A stretch of 64,000 bases of DNA from the NCBI GenBank assembly GCA_000004985.1, contig GG738883.1. The stretch is one strand, 5' to 3'. This stretch comes from Naegleria gruberi. Taxonomy: Eukaryota. The notes below the pieces were generated by a model. It was not told where the DNA came from. It saw only the letters and a program-made list of their open reading frames with translations, and made no database searches. The position numbers were made by a program, and so were the translations under genes. Shown here in pieces: positions 44,023 to 57,189 of this stretch (within the stretch, counting starts at the first letter, position 1; each line of letters opens with the position of its first letter).

Positions 44023-44852
44023 TCAAAACGTTTGTTTGAATGTAAAATTTAAAATGGAGAGAGTAACTTGGTCCAAATCTCTTGCGGAATCCAAATTTTC
44101 ATCATTTAACAAGTAACTCAACTTGCTCTTTTCACTTGTTGGCACGTCCAAATCAATATCTTGGGTTATGGATCCACATTGTCCAGGCCAACGCCCAATT
44201 CCAAGCTCATAGTATCTTCTTTTCAGCTTTAATGATTAAAATTTAATGTTAGGAATTCAAAAATAAAATTTTTTGTACATACTGTACTCAAAGAAACACC
44301 AAGACAATTTGCAGCCGTAGATTGTGGTAAAGCCATCACTCGAATTAATTCAAAAACTGGAATCTTAATCTTAGACTTCTTCTTAGAATCTGGTGTATAT
44401 TTGGATTTGTGGGTGGAGGAGGAAGTAATCTTTGCATGCTTTTTGTTAATACTACTCTTCTTTGTCTTGTTTGGTTTGGAAATGGAGGAAGTGGATGTGA
44501 TAGAGTTCTTTCTTGATTGTCTGTGACTTTGGTCATGAGTGGAAGAGGATGAATTGGAAGAAGGAGAGAAAGAGCTGTCTGAATCATCGTGTTGGGAACT
44601 GGAGGAAGAGATTGGAGAATGGATGGTAGATTTAGATTCATGAACTGTCGATGTTGGTTGACACATTACTCTAATTGCAGCTGGAGAAGGAGGTGAAATA
44701 TTCTTCAAATGAGTACTGTTACTCGTTGTAGAAGTTGTGGAAGTTGTCATTTCAAAGTGATGATGATCTTGTATTGTTGTTGATAGAGAGTTGTCTTTTT
44801 GATGATGATAGAATGTTTCAGTGGCTGGTCTATTCTTCAAATAATTTAACAT
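44023..44852 (-). CDS. RWP-RK domain transcription factor; 2 exons
   Basis: Exon 1 is 44852-44283 (Ser-rich, ends ...AANCLGVSLST|GTATGT). The intron is 44227-44282 (56 nt, ..TTAAAG). Exon 2 is 44226-44023 (LKRRYYELGIGRWPGQ...). The spliced product reconstitutes the RWP-RK signature LGVS.T.LKR....GI.RWP. The track's unspliced ORF reads through into the intron instead. Confidence 0.65.
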
Positions 44853-45828
44853 TTTAAGGTAGTGATGGTTGTGTGTTACCTCGTTACGAGATTATATTTT
44901 GTTACTTGGTTGGGTATTAATTGCAATGGCTCATTCAAAAGTTTTTGCGTTCTGCTTGCAATCTAGTGAGAGAGAGGAATTTCTGGTTGAACTGCAGCTA
45001 GAAATGGTCTTGTTTTTTTTGTCTTATTGTTGCGAAACAGTGTGTGAGTTGGAGGTTATATTTAAGAGAGAGGGATCATCTCACCTCATCGTTCTGCTGC
45101 TCACATTAAAATTGATCGACGACAACAACAGTGGTGCAATAACTGCGCTAATGGCGATCATCAATGTTGCAACTTCTCCGAATCCCTCAATGCAAATCCT
45201 ATTTGTTCAATTAATCGCGAGCATCAGCATAAAAGCACAAAATATCAAGCATTTGAATTTGACCGCCGCCTCTAATTGGCTCAAGGCAGTTGAATGGTCG
45301 TTCTTCCAAATAATGTGTCTTCATTTGAGCTTCAGTTGATACATTGTAGTTTCATTATTGTATTAGAAACGAGAGAATCGTAGATGAGATGATGATAAAA
45401 GACTCCTTCAGTTTGAATATTTGAATTAGTTTCAACTGCATTTCTGTTGGAAAGGAATTGCATTGCCGTATTTCCATTCTTATATTTTGTGAATGTGCTC
45501 ATCAGGATGCAATAGATAACCAAGGAAAATCCAAACAAACGGGTTGATTAATTGAAATTAATACTCACTCATAGGATGGCTGGAATTTTTGGCGCAACTA
45601 AAGGGCTTTTGGAAACCCGAAAAAAAACGTCCTCGCAGTGCTCTCTAAATACGTTAGTTCATCCGCACAATTCAAAATACCATCTAATAATTTTAAAGCA
45701 GAACTACAACAATGTTCCAAGCAGGCAGCTTGAAACCTTAACCATGTATCGATCCTATTGAGGTAAGGGAACTTTGAGTTCATTGAATTACTATAAGGTG
45801 GTCATAAACACCACAAACCATGGTTTAT

Positions 45829-47162
45829 TTACTTTCTAGTTGGTTTCCTAGTATTGTGTGAACTCGTTTTCTTCGAGGAAGGAGCCACACTAGTTGATTC
45901 TACCTTAGATTGGAATGAGCATAGAGTGGCAAACATCTCTCGGTAATCCTGTTCCTTCTTCAAGCCTAGCTCTACAACATTATTCTTCAAATCATTGACA
46001 GTCATATTCTTCTCAATGTATTCCTTAATCAACTCGATTGTGAACTTCTTCAATTCACTATCGGTAAGGTCATTGTCTGAGAGTTCTTCAGCAATTTGAG
46101 AAAGTTGTGCATTCGATTCAATGGTACATTCGTGCCATGTCTTATTTTTGAGCTGTTTGTGGAGCTCAGAAACACTCATTACAGTATTCACAGATTCCTT
46201 GATCTTTTTACATTCTTCAATAAACTTTTCTTCACTCTTTTGTTTTTGTGTTTGTTTCTTGAATTGAGATACAAGTGATGTCTTTTCATGTGAAGTCTTT
46301 TCTAATTTTTCCATTAGAACACATTGGTTTTGTTTCATGGTTTGATATTCACTTTCAACCTTCTTGTAATGTTTGTGAGCTTTCTTTTGTTGCTTCTTGG
46401 TTGCCATTAATTCACGTTTCAAAGCAGTGAGTTCAAGTTTCAGATCACAATTTTCATTCAATAGCTTTTCAATTTGCTTTTGTGTATCAATTGACAAGGT
46501 TTCCTTGACAGTAGTTTTCTTCATGACATTTGGATGTTCAACAGCTTGATTTTCCTTATTGGACATCTTTTCAGGTTGAGATGTAGGAGTATTTGTTGTA
46601 GTTATTGGGGGAGTAATTGCGCTAGTTTGAGTAGTTATTGGAGGTGTTGATGTTGTTGGGAAGTTTACATGTTTGTTGGCAACTGTAGATGGGATGGGTT
46701 TCTTCAAAATTGGTTTTGGAGACTTTTCTGTCTTTTTACCAATTGGTTGTTGATGCATAGAGTCAATCTATCAATTTCAAATGATATCATTCACCAAAGA
46801 AAATTCCGAAATATTGCACAGATAATATTAACATGACACACAACAGAAGAAGAGGATCCACAACCACGGTCGGATAAGGATCATATTACAATAATCATCA
46901 TCACACAATATTCCATCATTATTAATTTAAATATACATACCTCCCTCATCAAATCATCCATAGAATCATCTCTTAAAATTGAATAATCATCACTGTCCAC
47001 ACTACTCGTTGGTGATGGTGGACAATTTTCTGTATCGGTCTTGTCTAGGATGGATTGTTCAAGGAGTTGATCTTCAGGCTCCAAGCCAGAAGAATCAACT
47101 TGTGTATTATTGTTTTGAGCAATGTCAAACCCGGCAAAGTCCTCAACAGATCTTGTACTCAT
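45829..47162 (-). CDS. Coiled-coil protein; 2 exons
   Basis: Exon 1 is 47162-46941 (...DDLMRE|GTATGT). The intron is 46768-46940 (173 nt, ..TTGATAG). Exon 2 is 46767-45829 (IDSMHQQPIGKK...). There is a long heptad-rich region (LKLELTALKRELMATKKQQKKAHKHYKK...). Confidence 0.5.
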
Positions 47163-47206
47163 ATTTTTTTATGTGATTTTTTGTTTGGTGAATTTAAAAC
47201 TGATGA

Positions 47207-47227
47207 AATTGGCGCCAACTTTAAAAC
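47207..47227. promoter_or_regulatory. Palindromic E2F-like element AAATTGGCGCCAACTTTAAAA in a bidirectional promoter
   Basis: The core TTGGCGCCAA is at 47209-47218. It lies about 50 bp upstream of the minus-strand gene starting at 47162 and about 170 bp upstream of the plus-strand gene starting at 47389. Confidence 0.4.
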
Positions 47228-47388
47228 GTAACGACTTTTTAAAAACCTTCACATCTATCATCAAAAGATTTTTAATTCAACACAAAGAAAATGATTACTT
47301 TAGGAATGCAATCGGGTACTTGATAATAATCAAACAATCAAGGTTCACCTTCCTATTAATTTATTAATCGTCATACAATGAACTTGTT

Positions 47389-48411
47389 ATGAAATTTGTC
47401 AAGATGAAAAAAATACAACAAACAAAGAGGAAGAGAGAAGATATTGTTCTCGATTTATCCAATGTTTCTCCCAATGGTAAATGGTGGACCGCTCCGAACA
47501 TTGTTCATCTCGTATTAAAATATTTACCAGTTAAAGATATGATCCAGGGCAAGACATTGTGTAAGAATTGGTTCAAGGTGATGAATCATCAATTTGTGAG
47601 AGAGTATGTGGCTAGTTTCTTGGAGTTGGATGAAGACAACTTGCAAGATCTTGAAGTCATGATGAATACCTTCAAAACAGAGAAGAAAATGGTTTCCTCT
47701 TATGAGGCTATCATTGAACAATTGAAAGAATTAGATAATAGTAATGATTATTCTGAGAGTGTAAGATCACTATTGAGTAAATATGAAAAATCTCACAGTT
47801 TAGACCTTTTGAAAGAAATCTCAAAATTGACAAAGAAAGAAATCAGAAATCAGAACTCGTTGTCGTTGGAACCACCAAAAATTGTTATTGCTGAAAATGA
47901 GTACAATTGTCAAAACTATGGCAGCATTCGGTCTATTCTATTGTCACAAGATTTGAATTCTATTGAGCAATATGGTCTCAATGTCACAACTATTGAAAAG
48001 AGTTACTTTATTGTGTTAAGTAATGGTTATCCTATGAAGCTTAATTTTGATTATAAATGTGGAAGATATGATGGTCATTACAAAGTTGAAGTTAATGGAA
48101 CTAAAGCTATCAGGTTGAAATGGTTTGAGGGTGGATTTGAGGAGAATCATAACTGGGAATTTATCAAATTACTGAAAAAGGGGTTGGATTTCAAGTCAGA
48201 TACACCAATTGAAGAGGATACGGTATTTCTAACAATACTTTTTGCTTGGTTAATACAGCTTTTCCCAGAGGCAACAAATTATGAAATACCAGACTCATGT
48301 TTTGGAGAATCAATTCTTGTCTATTCAGATTTGGGTGAGGATAATAGGCTGTTTGCTGATGATAATTCAGAAAATGAGGAAGGCAGTAACAAGTACGATT
48401 CAGATGAGTAA
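47389..48411 (+). CDS. F-box-like protein (340 aa)
   Basis: N-terminal F-box-like helix bundle (LVLKYLPVKDMIQGKTLCKNWFKVMNHQFVREYV) and an acidic C-terminus. Confidence 0.45.
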   Translation: MKFVKMKKIQQTKRKREDIVLDLSNVSPNGKWWTAPNIVHLVLKYLPVKDMIQGKTLCKNWFKVMNHQFVREYVASFLELDEDNLQDLEVMMNTFKTEKKMVSSYEAIIEQLKELDNSNDYSESVRSLLSKYEKSHSLDLLKEISKLTKKEIRNQNSLSLEPPKIVIAENEYNCQNYGSIRSILLSQDLNSIEQYGLNVTTIEKSYFIVLSNGYPMKLNFDYKCGRYDGHYKVEVNGTKAIRLKWFEGGFEENHNWEFIKLLKKGLDFKSDTPIEEDTVFLTILFAWLIQLFPEATNYEIPDSCFGESILVYSDLGEDNRLFADDNSENEEGSNKYDSDE

Positions 48412-48506
48412 AATATTGGCGCGCTTTTGAAACTTTGCAACCATCCAAAATAAGAAAGTCACAACATACTTTGAAACCCACACAAATATGTTTAGAATAA
48501 CAAAAA

Positions 48507-51144
48507 ATGAAACAGCTTACTCTGCTATTTATTTGCTTGCTACTTTCTGGTTGTTGTTTCTGCTTTGTGGATCCTTTCAAAATCAACTCTTCATATTATG
48601 TAGTTCAATCCTTGTCTGAGTCATCATTCGGAATGACTGCCTATCTGAAACTGTCCAATAACAGTGGTGGACCATACGGAAACGATATAGAAGAGTTAAA
48701 AGTCTCTATTCAATACAAATCTTCAAAAGTGTTAAATATCAAGATAACTGACAAGGAAGAAAAAAGATGGCAAGCTTCTCCCTTCGTTCTATCGAAAGAA
48801 CAATCAAAAGTTTCCTCTATGAGTACAAGTTTAGATTATAGTGTGGAAATGTCACAGGTTGGAGAAGAATTCTACTTTACAATTCTAAGAAAATCCTCAA
48901 GTATTCCAATATTCACAACGAAAAGGACTTGGTTTGTATTCAGTGACCAATATATTACATTAGGAACTCAATTATTCTCTTTACCAAATGGAGAACCTCC
49001 TTATTTGAGCGGTTTTGGTGAAAGAGTTGATAACATCTTTCTCAATATTACAAATAATGAATTTATAATGTGGAATAATGAGTAAGTTTTTAACCTTTTG
49101 GAAAATGTTTCTAAATTTTCAAAGTCATGACAATCAACCACATATGAATCTCTATGGAAGTCATCCATTCTTCCTCTATTCTGGACCAAGCTCTCCATCA
49201 TTTGGTGTTTTCCTTCTCAATAGTAATGCTATGAGTGTGAGAACTGAATTTAACAATCAAAACAAGTATTTACAATATCAAGTGATTGGTGGCGTTTTGG
49301 ATTTTTACTTCTTCCTTGGACCTTCTTCGCAAGATGTCATTAAACAATATCATTCAATTATTGGAAAACCATACTTGCCTCCAAAGTTTGCACTTGGATT
49401 TCATCAATGTAGATGGGGATACAATAGTTTGGATGAAATTAAGAAAGTAGTTGCTGGATATGAGGCCAATAATTTACCATTGGATGCAATTTGGACAGAT
49501 ATTGATTATATGGACAAGTATAGAGATTTCACATTTGATCCTGATCGTTTTCCAATTCAAGACATGATACAATTTGTTTCTGATTTGCATAAGAAAGGTA
49601 AAAAGTATATTCTCATTATCGATCCTGGTATTCCAGTTGTAAATTTGAATCAGGAAAAGTATGAACCTTTAGAATTGGGACTTTCTCTCGATATTTTCAT
49701 CAAGAATGGCAATAATAATTCCTATGTGAATAGAGATGTCTGGCCTGGCCAATGCTACTTCCCAGATATGACCAACCCCAAATTCAAGGACTATTTCTGG
49801 AAGCCACTCATTCACAAATTCCTCTCCACCTTAAATATTGATGGATTGTGGACAGATATGAATGAACCAGCTGTATTGAAAACCTACACACCCAATCAAA
49901 ATAAGTGGAACTATCCTCCATTCGTACCAAGATCGCCAGCTGTTCACGATCCTAATGAACCTATTTTCCATCGAACTATTGACATGGATTCGAGAATGCA
50001 CGCCTCAATCCATTACAATGTCCACAATTTATACAGTCATTTGGAGTCAATTGCAACATCAGAAGCTCTACAAGATTTCTATGGAAAGAGATCTTTCGTA
50101 TTAACTAGAAGTAGCTTTGCTGGAAGTGGATCTCATGTTTCTCATTGGACAGGCGATAATGAGTCAACATACGAAAGCATGAAGAGTTCAATTCCATCAA
50201 TTGTTATGAATGGAATGTTTGGTTTTTCACATGTTGGATCTGATATTGGTGGATTCTATTTGAACACAACTAAGGAACTTCTTATTAGATGGATGCAATT
50301 AGGATCCATGTATCCATTCTCACGTAACCATAATGCACGTGGAACTATTCCTCAAGAGCCATATGCCTTTGATAAGGAAACTACAGACATTTCAAGAAAA
50401 TTCCTTCAATTAAGATATCAACTTATTCCATATTTGTATACACAAATTGCACTAGTTAGTAGAGATGGAGGTTCAGTTGCAAAACCACTTTCTTTCGTAT
50501 TTCCAGATGACAGACAGTGTTATCAAATAGAAACTCAACTCATGTTAGGAGATTCCTTAATCATTGCTCCAGCATTAAATCCATCACAGTCAATGGTCAA
50601 TGCCTACCTTCCTTACAATGCTATTTGGTATGATTACTTGACAGGTAAAAGAATTACCAAAACGGGAGGTCTATATTTCTCATTACCTTCTCCTCTTGAT
50701 TCAATGCCAATTATCATGAAAGGTGGAAGTATCATTCCTTTACAAACTCCATCGCTTAATACTTTACAACAAGAATTTAATCCATATCAATTGAGAATTG
50801 CACTCAATCAAGAACAGCAGGCAAGGGGAGAGTTGTGGCTTGATGATGGTGAAAGTTTGGGAACAATTGAGAAGAAACTTTATACATTACTCAAATATGA
50901 CATGAAAAATAATGGAAAAGTTTACAAGTTGACTTGTGAAAGGTTAATTGGAGGATATGATGAAAGAAATTTGAGTTTGAATGGAATTACCATCTACGGC
51001 ATTGAACAACAACAAATTTCGTTCATTTCAATTAATAATCAACCAGTAGATTCGTATAACTTTGATCCTTCGAATGGTTTATTAGAAATTAACAATATTC
51101 ACTCTGAAATTTCTTCAATTTCTGTAGTTTTACAATTTGCCTAA
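48507..51144 (+). CDS. Glycoside hydrolase family 31 alpha-glucosidase; 2 exons
   Basis: Exon 1 is 48507-49081 (signal peptide, ...FIMWNN + ga). The intron is 49082-49124 (43 nt, GTAAGT..CAAAG). Exon 2 is 49125-51144 (D HDNQPHMNLYGSHPFF...). GH31 motifs are GFHQCRWGY, IDGLWTDMNEP (WiDMNE catalytic nucleophile region) and HWTGDN. Confidence 0.85.
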
Positions 51145-51234
51145 AAGGATTCCAAATAAAGAGCCCATTGTCAGAACTGCTCATCAATTATCATTGATCT
51201 ACACCTGTCAATTTCAGTCTTTAAAAAAATTATT

Positions 51235-54200
51235 ATGCATGTTTGGCTTTTTTTGATCCTCTTACTCTCGCTGAGTTTGCTGGTTCGTTTTTCAACGTCG
51301 GCCACATCATCAACCACATCACAGTATTCCTCTTCTTCCTTCGTTTCATTTCTTAACAATCGAATATATAATCAAACTAATTATTATCCGAAACGATTTA
51401 TTCAATTCTCTGAACATGAAACTACTCATGATCATATTAAAAGACAACAATCACAGTTGTCATCATTAGAATCGCCACCATCATCATCTATAAACAAAAT
51501 TGATTTTAATGACTATAGTTTCCTACTAACTAATAATCAAAACTATACTTCCGATTATCCATATATTTCTCCATTCAATTCCACCTATTCTTTACCACCT
51601 TGCTGTACTACCCTAAACGGAAATGAAAATGCCCTATTCGAAACTAAAAAGCTATTAAACATGGCTAAAAACACAAAACGAATTGAAATGGAAAAATGCA
51701 GAAATGCAGCACTTGATAGTATATTCGGATTGGATTGTGTTGTCATTGAATTGGAATATATATTGGAGAATTCGACGAGTTCTGAACTGAGGAGGAATTC
51801 AGTGAATGGTTCAATGGAAAGTATTCGAAATGAAACTGTTTATTCATCACTTGATGAAATATATCAAGTATTTAAAAGAGATGTGACGATAATTGCTGAG
51901 AGAGAAAATCAAAAATCAGCATTTTCGTATAAAAAGATTCCTGAGGGAATTATTTCACTGAGAGTACGTGTCTTGTCAGATATGGTGAACGAGGAAAATT
52001 GTACTCTTCAAATGGATATTGGACAAATATTCAATTCATCATCGATTAGAAGACCTATTGCAGATTATAAGGTATTCTTTGAATTGTACAGTGAAAATCA
52101 AAGACATGAATTATATTGCAGAGTTAATGTTGATAGTTCTCTGTTTTTTTCAACATTTAGAGGATTGACTTTACGTTTGGTAACACATAATTTGAGTTAT
52201 TATGCAGAAAGGGTGACATTTCTTAGTGGAGCACTAAATGGAGGATTATTTGCTGTTTATTCACAGGTGGAATTGAGGCAGAATATACTCTTTTCACAAA
52301 CACGTGTTACTTTATTTGAAGAATTGAATTATTTTGGACAAAATTGGATTCTTCAAAGAGATAATTCAAATAATATTAATGCAATTTTTGTAGATAGTAA
52401 TATGACAGTGTATTTCGAAGACGTTCTTAAAGGAAGAAATATGTGGTTTCTGAATACAACTTTAGAGATTGATAGTGAGTTTTTGATTGAGGAAGTGAAT
52501 GAAATTTTGATTCACAAATGTACTATCAAATCGAAAGGAAATACTTCGGATAGAGATTTTGCAAACTTGCAAATATCATTTGCGAATATTGTTGAAATTC
52601 ATAGTACAGTATTCGAAACAGTAAATGGAAAGACCATTTTAGGAATTGGTGAAAGTATTGATGTCAACCTCATTGATACACATTTCACTGATCATAGAAA
52701 TGAAGCTGGCTCTCTAATTTACATGAAGAATCTAAGAAATTTGGTGATTTCCAAATCTCATTTTTTGAGGAATTGGGTTGGTTCAAGTGTTCTCTTCCTC
52801 AGTAACATAATTGCGGGTTTTATTAGTGATTGTAGATTTGAAGAAAATGAATCTGTTATATCAAATGGTATAATCTTCGTTCAATCTGCTGGATCTTTCA
52901 AAAGGGTGCTGATTAGCTCATCTATTTTTATTAGAAACAGAGCGTATGATCGTGGAGGATGCATTCATGCCTCTGATACTTCAGTTCACGTTCACTTTAG
53001 TGAATTTCGTGAAAATTATGCTCCTTCAGGAAGTGCTATCTATGCACAAGAAACAGAGCTCTCAATTGAAAGCTGCAATTTTATTGATAATTATTCAGAG
53101 ATGAGTGGTGGAGCTATTTTTATTAATGGCAATTTCAGTAGTGTTAATTCAAACTTTTACAATAACTCTGTGAATTTGAAATCAAATTATCCATGCACGT
53201 CATATTGCAGTGGAAGTGGAGGAGCCATTTCGTATGCATCTACAGAATTAGATACAATTCAGCTCTTTCTTGTTGATTCCAAATTCGAGAATAATAGTGC
53301 TATTAGAGGTGGAGCTCTCTCTATCAAGTACCTATCCAATACTCCAAAAATTACTTGGGAATCCGTCAAGATTTATAATAATTATGCCAAATCTGGAGGT
53401 GGAATATTTTTCTTTGAATTGATTGACAACAAAATTCTATCATCCACATTCGAAAGAAATAGAGCTGACTTTTATGGAAATGACATGGCTTCTTCCACTA
53501 GGTCAATTGAGTGGAATATTATGGGAAAATCACCAAATTCTCAAATAAGTGTGTTCCCAGGGCAGACTTTTTCCCTCAAGACATTTACTAAGGATTATTT
53601 CGGAGCTAATATTGGAGATTTGTGGGAGTATTATATTTTGACTGTGAATGATACACGATTTAATTTAAAAAAACCCACTCAAACTAATCGAAATGACACC
53701 ATTGAGGGTTTGTTCATTTACAGTACAAAGATTCAAACTGAGCCAACATATATTCGGTTGTGGATTGATTTTTCACAATCCTTTAGTTATTTGGATATTC
53801 TAGTTAAGGGGTGTCCTGAGAATTATGAATTGATTTCTGCTAATTATGGATCAGAAAATTCCTATATTTGTCAAGCTGTGCCAAGTGTAACTGTTATTAT
53901 TATAACAGTTGTTGTTTCTTCATTTGTTGCATTTTCAGTCTTTGTTATTGTTTCTACAATTTTGGGATATGCCATTTTCAGATTAACAAAAAAGCTCTTA
54001 TATTGGAAAGAAAGAATTAAGGTGGAGAAGGATGTAGAAAAGAGACTATTCGAAAGTGGAATAAGGTGTACGAAAGAGGAAATCAAAGCATCAGGCGAGT
54101 ATAGTCTTGCAAGAAAAAATGTTTTCATTATTGGTCTTGATCAGGTTCACATTGAAAAGAAAATTGGAGAAGGTAAGTGTATCATTCAACGCATGTTTCT

Positions 54201-55214
54201 AATAACCTATTATTAGGAGGAGCTGGTTTCGTTTACAAAGGAAAGTGGAATCACAACACAGTTGCCATCAAATGTCTAAGAGTGGAGGGATCAGAAAGCG
54301 AATTTCTCAGTGATGAAATTGAGAGAGAGGCAACCCATTTGTCTAAACTCAGACATCCGAATGTACTCATGTTCTACGGTATTTCTGTAACTCCACAAAA
54401 ACACTATTTGATTATTGAATATTTGGAAAAGGGAAGTTTGGAAAATTTAATAATTGAAAGTAGGAAACATTCATTATTGAATTTGGAAATGAAATTGTCA
54501 ATCCTAATTGACATTGCATGTGGAATGGAATATTTACACTCTTCACATATTATTCATCGTGATCTCAAGAGTGGCAATGTTCTCCTTGACGCCAACAATG
54601 TTGCAAAGGTTTGTGACTTTGGATTGAGTAAGATCATGTCCAATTCATGTCAACATTCAACTATTGCTAATGTGGGCACGATTTATTTCATGGCCGTGGA
54701 ATTATTTTCTGAAAAACTGAGCTCCTCCACTGTCATTACACCAGCCATTGACGTTTATAGTTTTGGAATTATTATGCATGAGCTCTTTTTCGAGGAACGT
54801 CCCTACAATCTCTCAAAGAATAGCAAATTATTAATGTGGAAGAATGAGCAAGAGACAATCACATCTCCATTCGCAATGCTACCAAGAATTATCAAAGGAG
54901 AAAGACCCTTCATTCCATTTGAGGATGATTATAGTATGGATGAGTATTTGCAAATGGCTGTACCTGAATATCGTCGAATGAATAATTCTAGTTTGGTGTC
55001 CTTGATCAAGATGGAAAAGTACAGACAAGTTGTAACAGATTATATTGAACTAATGACCAAGTGTTGGAGTGGAGAGCCAACAGCTCGTCCCAATTTCACA
55101 ACTGTCAATGAAACTCTCCAATCTATGAAACGTAAATTGAAAGAAATTGGAAAACATGACGAGCAAGTAAGTGGTTACAAAAAGTTGGTGGACGTAGAAC
55201 TGGAAATGAAGTAA
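51235..55214 (+). CDS. Receptor-like Ser/Thr (TKL-like) kinase with a Pmp-type beta-helix ectodomain; 2 exons
   Basis: Exon 1 is 51235-54172 and the intron is 54173-54216 (44 nt, GTAAGT..TATTAG). Exon 2 is 54217-55214. The intron splits the glycine loop as IGEG|GAGFVYKGKW. Signal peptide MHVWLFLILLLSLSLLVRFSTSA. Ectodomain repeats are RGGCIHASD, SGGAIFING, SGGAISYAS, RGGALSIKY and SGGGIFFFE, with FxxN units FRENYAP, FIDNYSE, FYNNSVN, FENNSAI and FERNRAD. TM segment VIIITVVVSSFVAFSVFVIVSTILGYAIF. Kinase motifs are HRDLKSGNVLL, DFGLS and DVYSFGIIMHE. Confidence 0.8.
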
Positions 55215-55225
55215 TATATTACTAT

Positions 55226-56977
55226 TTACTTTTTCTTCTCTAAAATTTCATCAGTATCAAAAACAAAAGACAATAAAGGAGATCCAACATTTGTCTGATT
55301 AGTGCTCTGAGCAACAATTGTAGAAACACTAAGGTTTGGAATTGCTGGAGCTGTCAAGCTACGATTGCTTCTATTTACAGGTTTCTTGTCTGGTGTTTTT
55401 GGATTACTGGTTGGTTGTTTCCTCTTTTTAATCCAATCTATTAGAGAATTCAAAAATGGTTTTACCAACCAAGTTCTTAGGCCTTGTTTATCCTTGTGTC
55501 TTGGATAACAGGTTTCATACAAATGATCAATAGAGAACCATTTGATTTTCAAAATTTCCTTTCTTGTTCTTGTTGCGAATTGTGTTGATTCAGGTATTCC
55601 ACCTACAATAAAAAGCTTAGTGTATGGATTTGAGTGTTTGTACTTGTCCTTATAATCAGGAACAGAACTCTCATAATTTTGATCAATTTCGATAAAGTCT
55701 TGTTCATTCACTCTATCTCCCAATTCGTATCCACATTCTTCGTAGACTTCACGTGCTGCACACGTAGTTTCCTTTTCATTTTGGTTAATTTTTCCTTTTG
55801 GGAAGGACCATGACTTAGTATTATAACCTTGAACAAGTAGAACCTTATCAAGATTTTCATTCAATATGATACAACCATAAACTGGTACAGAAGTCTTGTA
55901 ATCAAGAAATCTTTGAACTAGAGAATCAACATCTGCTTGAGATGAATCATTTTGAGTCAACTCCTCCAATATTGGACATCTAGCATACATCTTTTCACAG
56001 AACATGGAGAATTTGTACTTGGGTAAAGATTTGTGTTTAACTCTATGGAAATCGTAATAAAACCAAAAAGCTTCTTCCAATTGGAAGAATAACGTCTCAA
56101 ATACACGAGAGTCAATACCCTCCATTTGTTCCTCCTCTAATGTTGGACAGTTCAGAATAAATCTTATACATAAATCATCCAACACTTCATCAAGTAGCTC
56201 ATTTTCTTCCTCATTATCATCAAACTTGAGTGAAATTTTGGATGGTGCACTGCTACTATAATTATCTTCAACAAGTTGCTTCTTTTTACGTTGAGGAGGT
56301 GGTGTCATTATTTTCACAAATTTTGATGGTGATAAATTATTATTATTACTGCTGCCATTGATCAAGGTTGATTTTGAAACTTCAAATGTGTCATTAAGAG
56401 AGTTCGGAATGGATTTACTCTGCACCACTTGATTTGACACATTCAACAATTGTTTGTTTGACTTGTTAGAAGAAGTATTAACAGTAAGTGCTTGTTTAGG
56501 AGTGAATTGTGGAGTATTTTGGAATGACTTTGCTCGTAACCTAGTGTTATTATTATTATCATCAATGATTGGTGAATTATTATTAAATTGTTGTTGTTGT
56601 TGTTGTGATTGATCAATTTCTCGGGAAAGAGTCTGATCGTTAATTTTCTTAAAAGATCCTACTGATGATGCTGATTGATTATTCCTATTCTTTCGTGAGT
56701 TATTGTTTTTAAGAAATGATGATGATGATGAAGAATTGATAGTAATCGGTTGAGAATGTTGTTGTTGACTTGAAGAGTTTGATGAGTGGTTATTGTTGAT
56801 TGGAGTGGAGAGACTCTGACTCTTCTTGTGATAACTATTGTTGGTGTTCGATTGTTTATTGATGTCATTTCCATTGCTATTATTGCCATTATTAAAACCG
56901 TTATTATTATTGTTGTTGTATGGTATTTTCTGTCTTGCTGATGGAATTAAAATTTGATGATCGGTGGAGGAGGACAT
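55226..56977 (-). CDS. dcp2: mRNA-decapping enzyme Dcp2 (Nudix hydrolase) with long N/Q/S-rich tracts
   Basis: Box A resemblance at LDDLCIRFILNCPTLEEEQMEGIDSRVFETLFFQLEEAFWFYYDF. Nudix fold with Nudix box GKINQNEKETTCAAREVYEECGYEL (GX5EX7REVXEEXG). Box B resemblance at ...KLFIVGGIPE... Poly-N and poly-Q runs are present. Confidence 0.75.
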   Translation of the reverse strand: MSSSTDHQILIPSARQKIPYNNNNNNGFNNGNNSNGNDINKQSNTNNSYHKKSQSLSTPINNNHSSNSSSQQQHSQPITINSSSSSSFLKNNNSRKNRNNQSASSVGSFKKINDQTLSREIDQSQQQQQQFNNNSPIIDDNNNNTRLRAKSFQNTPQFTPKQALTVNTSSNKSNKQLLNVSNQVVQSKSIPNSLNDTFEVSKSTLINGSSNNNNLSPSKFVKIMTPPPQRKKKQLVEDNYSSSAPSKISLKFDDNEEENELLDEVLDDLCIRFILNCPTLEEEQMEGIDSRVFETLFFQLEEAFWFYYDFHRVKHKSLPKYKFSMFCEKMYARCPILEELTQNDSSQADVDSLVQRFLDYKTSVPVYGCIILNENLDKVLLVQGYNTKSWSFPKGKINQNEKETTCAAREVYEECGYELGDRVNEQDFIEIDQNYESSVPDYKDKYKHSNPYTKLFIVGGIPESTQFATRTRKEILKIKWFSIDHLYETCYPRHKDKQGLRTWLVKPFLNSLIDWIKKRKQPTSNPKTPDKKPVNRSNRSLTAPAIPNLSVSTIVAQSTNQTNVGSPLLSFVFDTDEILEKKK

Positions 56978-57189
56978 TTTTTTGGATCCGAAAAGACAAA
57001 TAAAGAAAAGACTTGATTAGACTTTACAATTTGATTTTGATTGAGAAAGTAAGCCATAAATAATATGTTTGCATGGGTTGTTTCCTCTAGTTTATCAATT
57101 CCAATAAACTGGGTTTTTGGCTTTAGTTTTGTTGTAGCACAAACTGGAATCTCATGTCAATTCAATCAATTATTTCAATTTGAAAAAAA

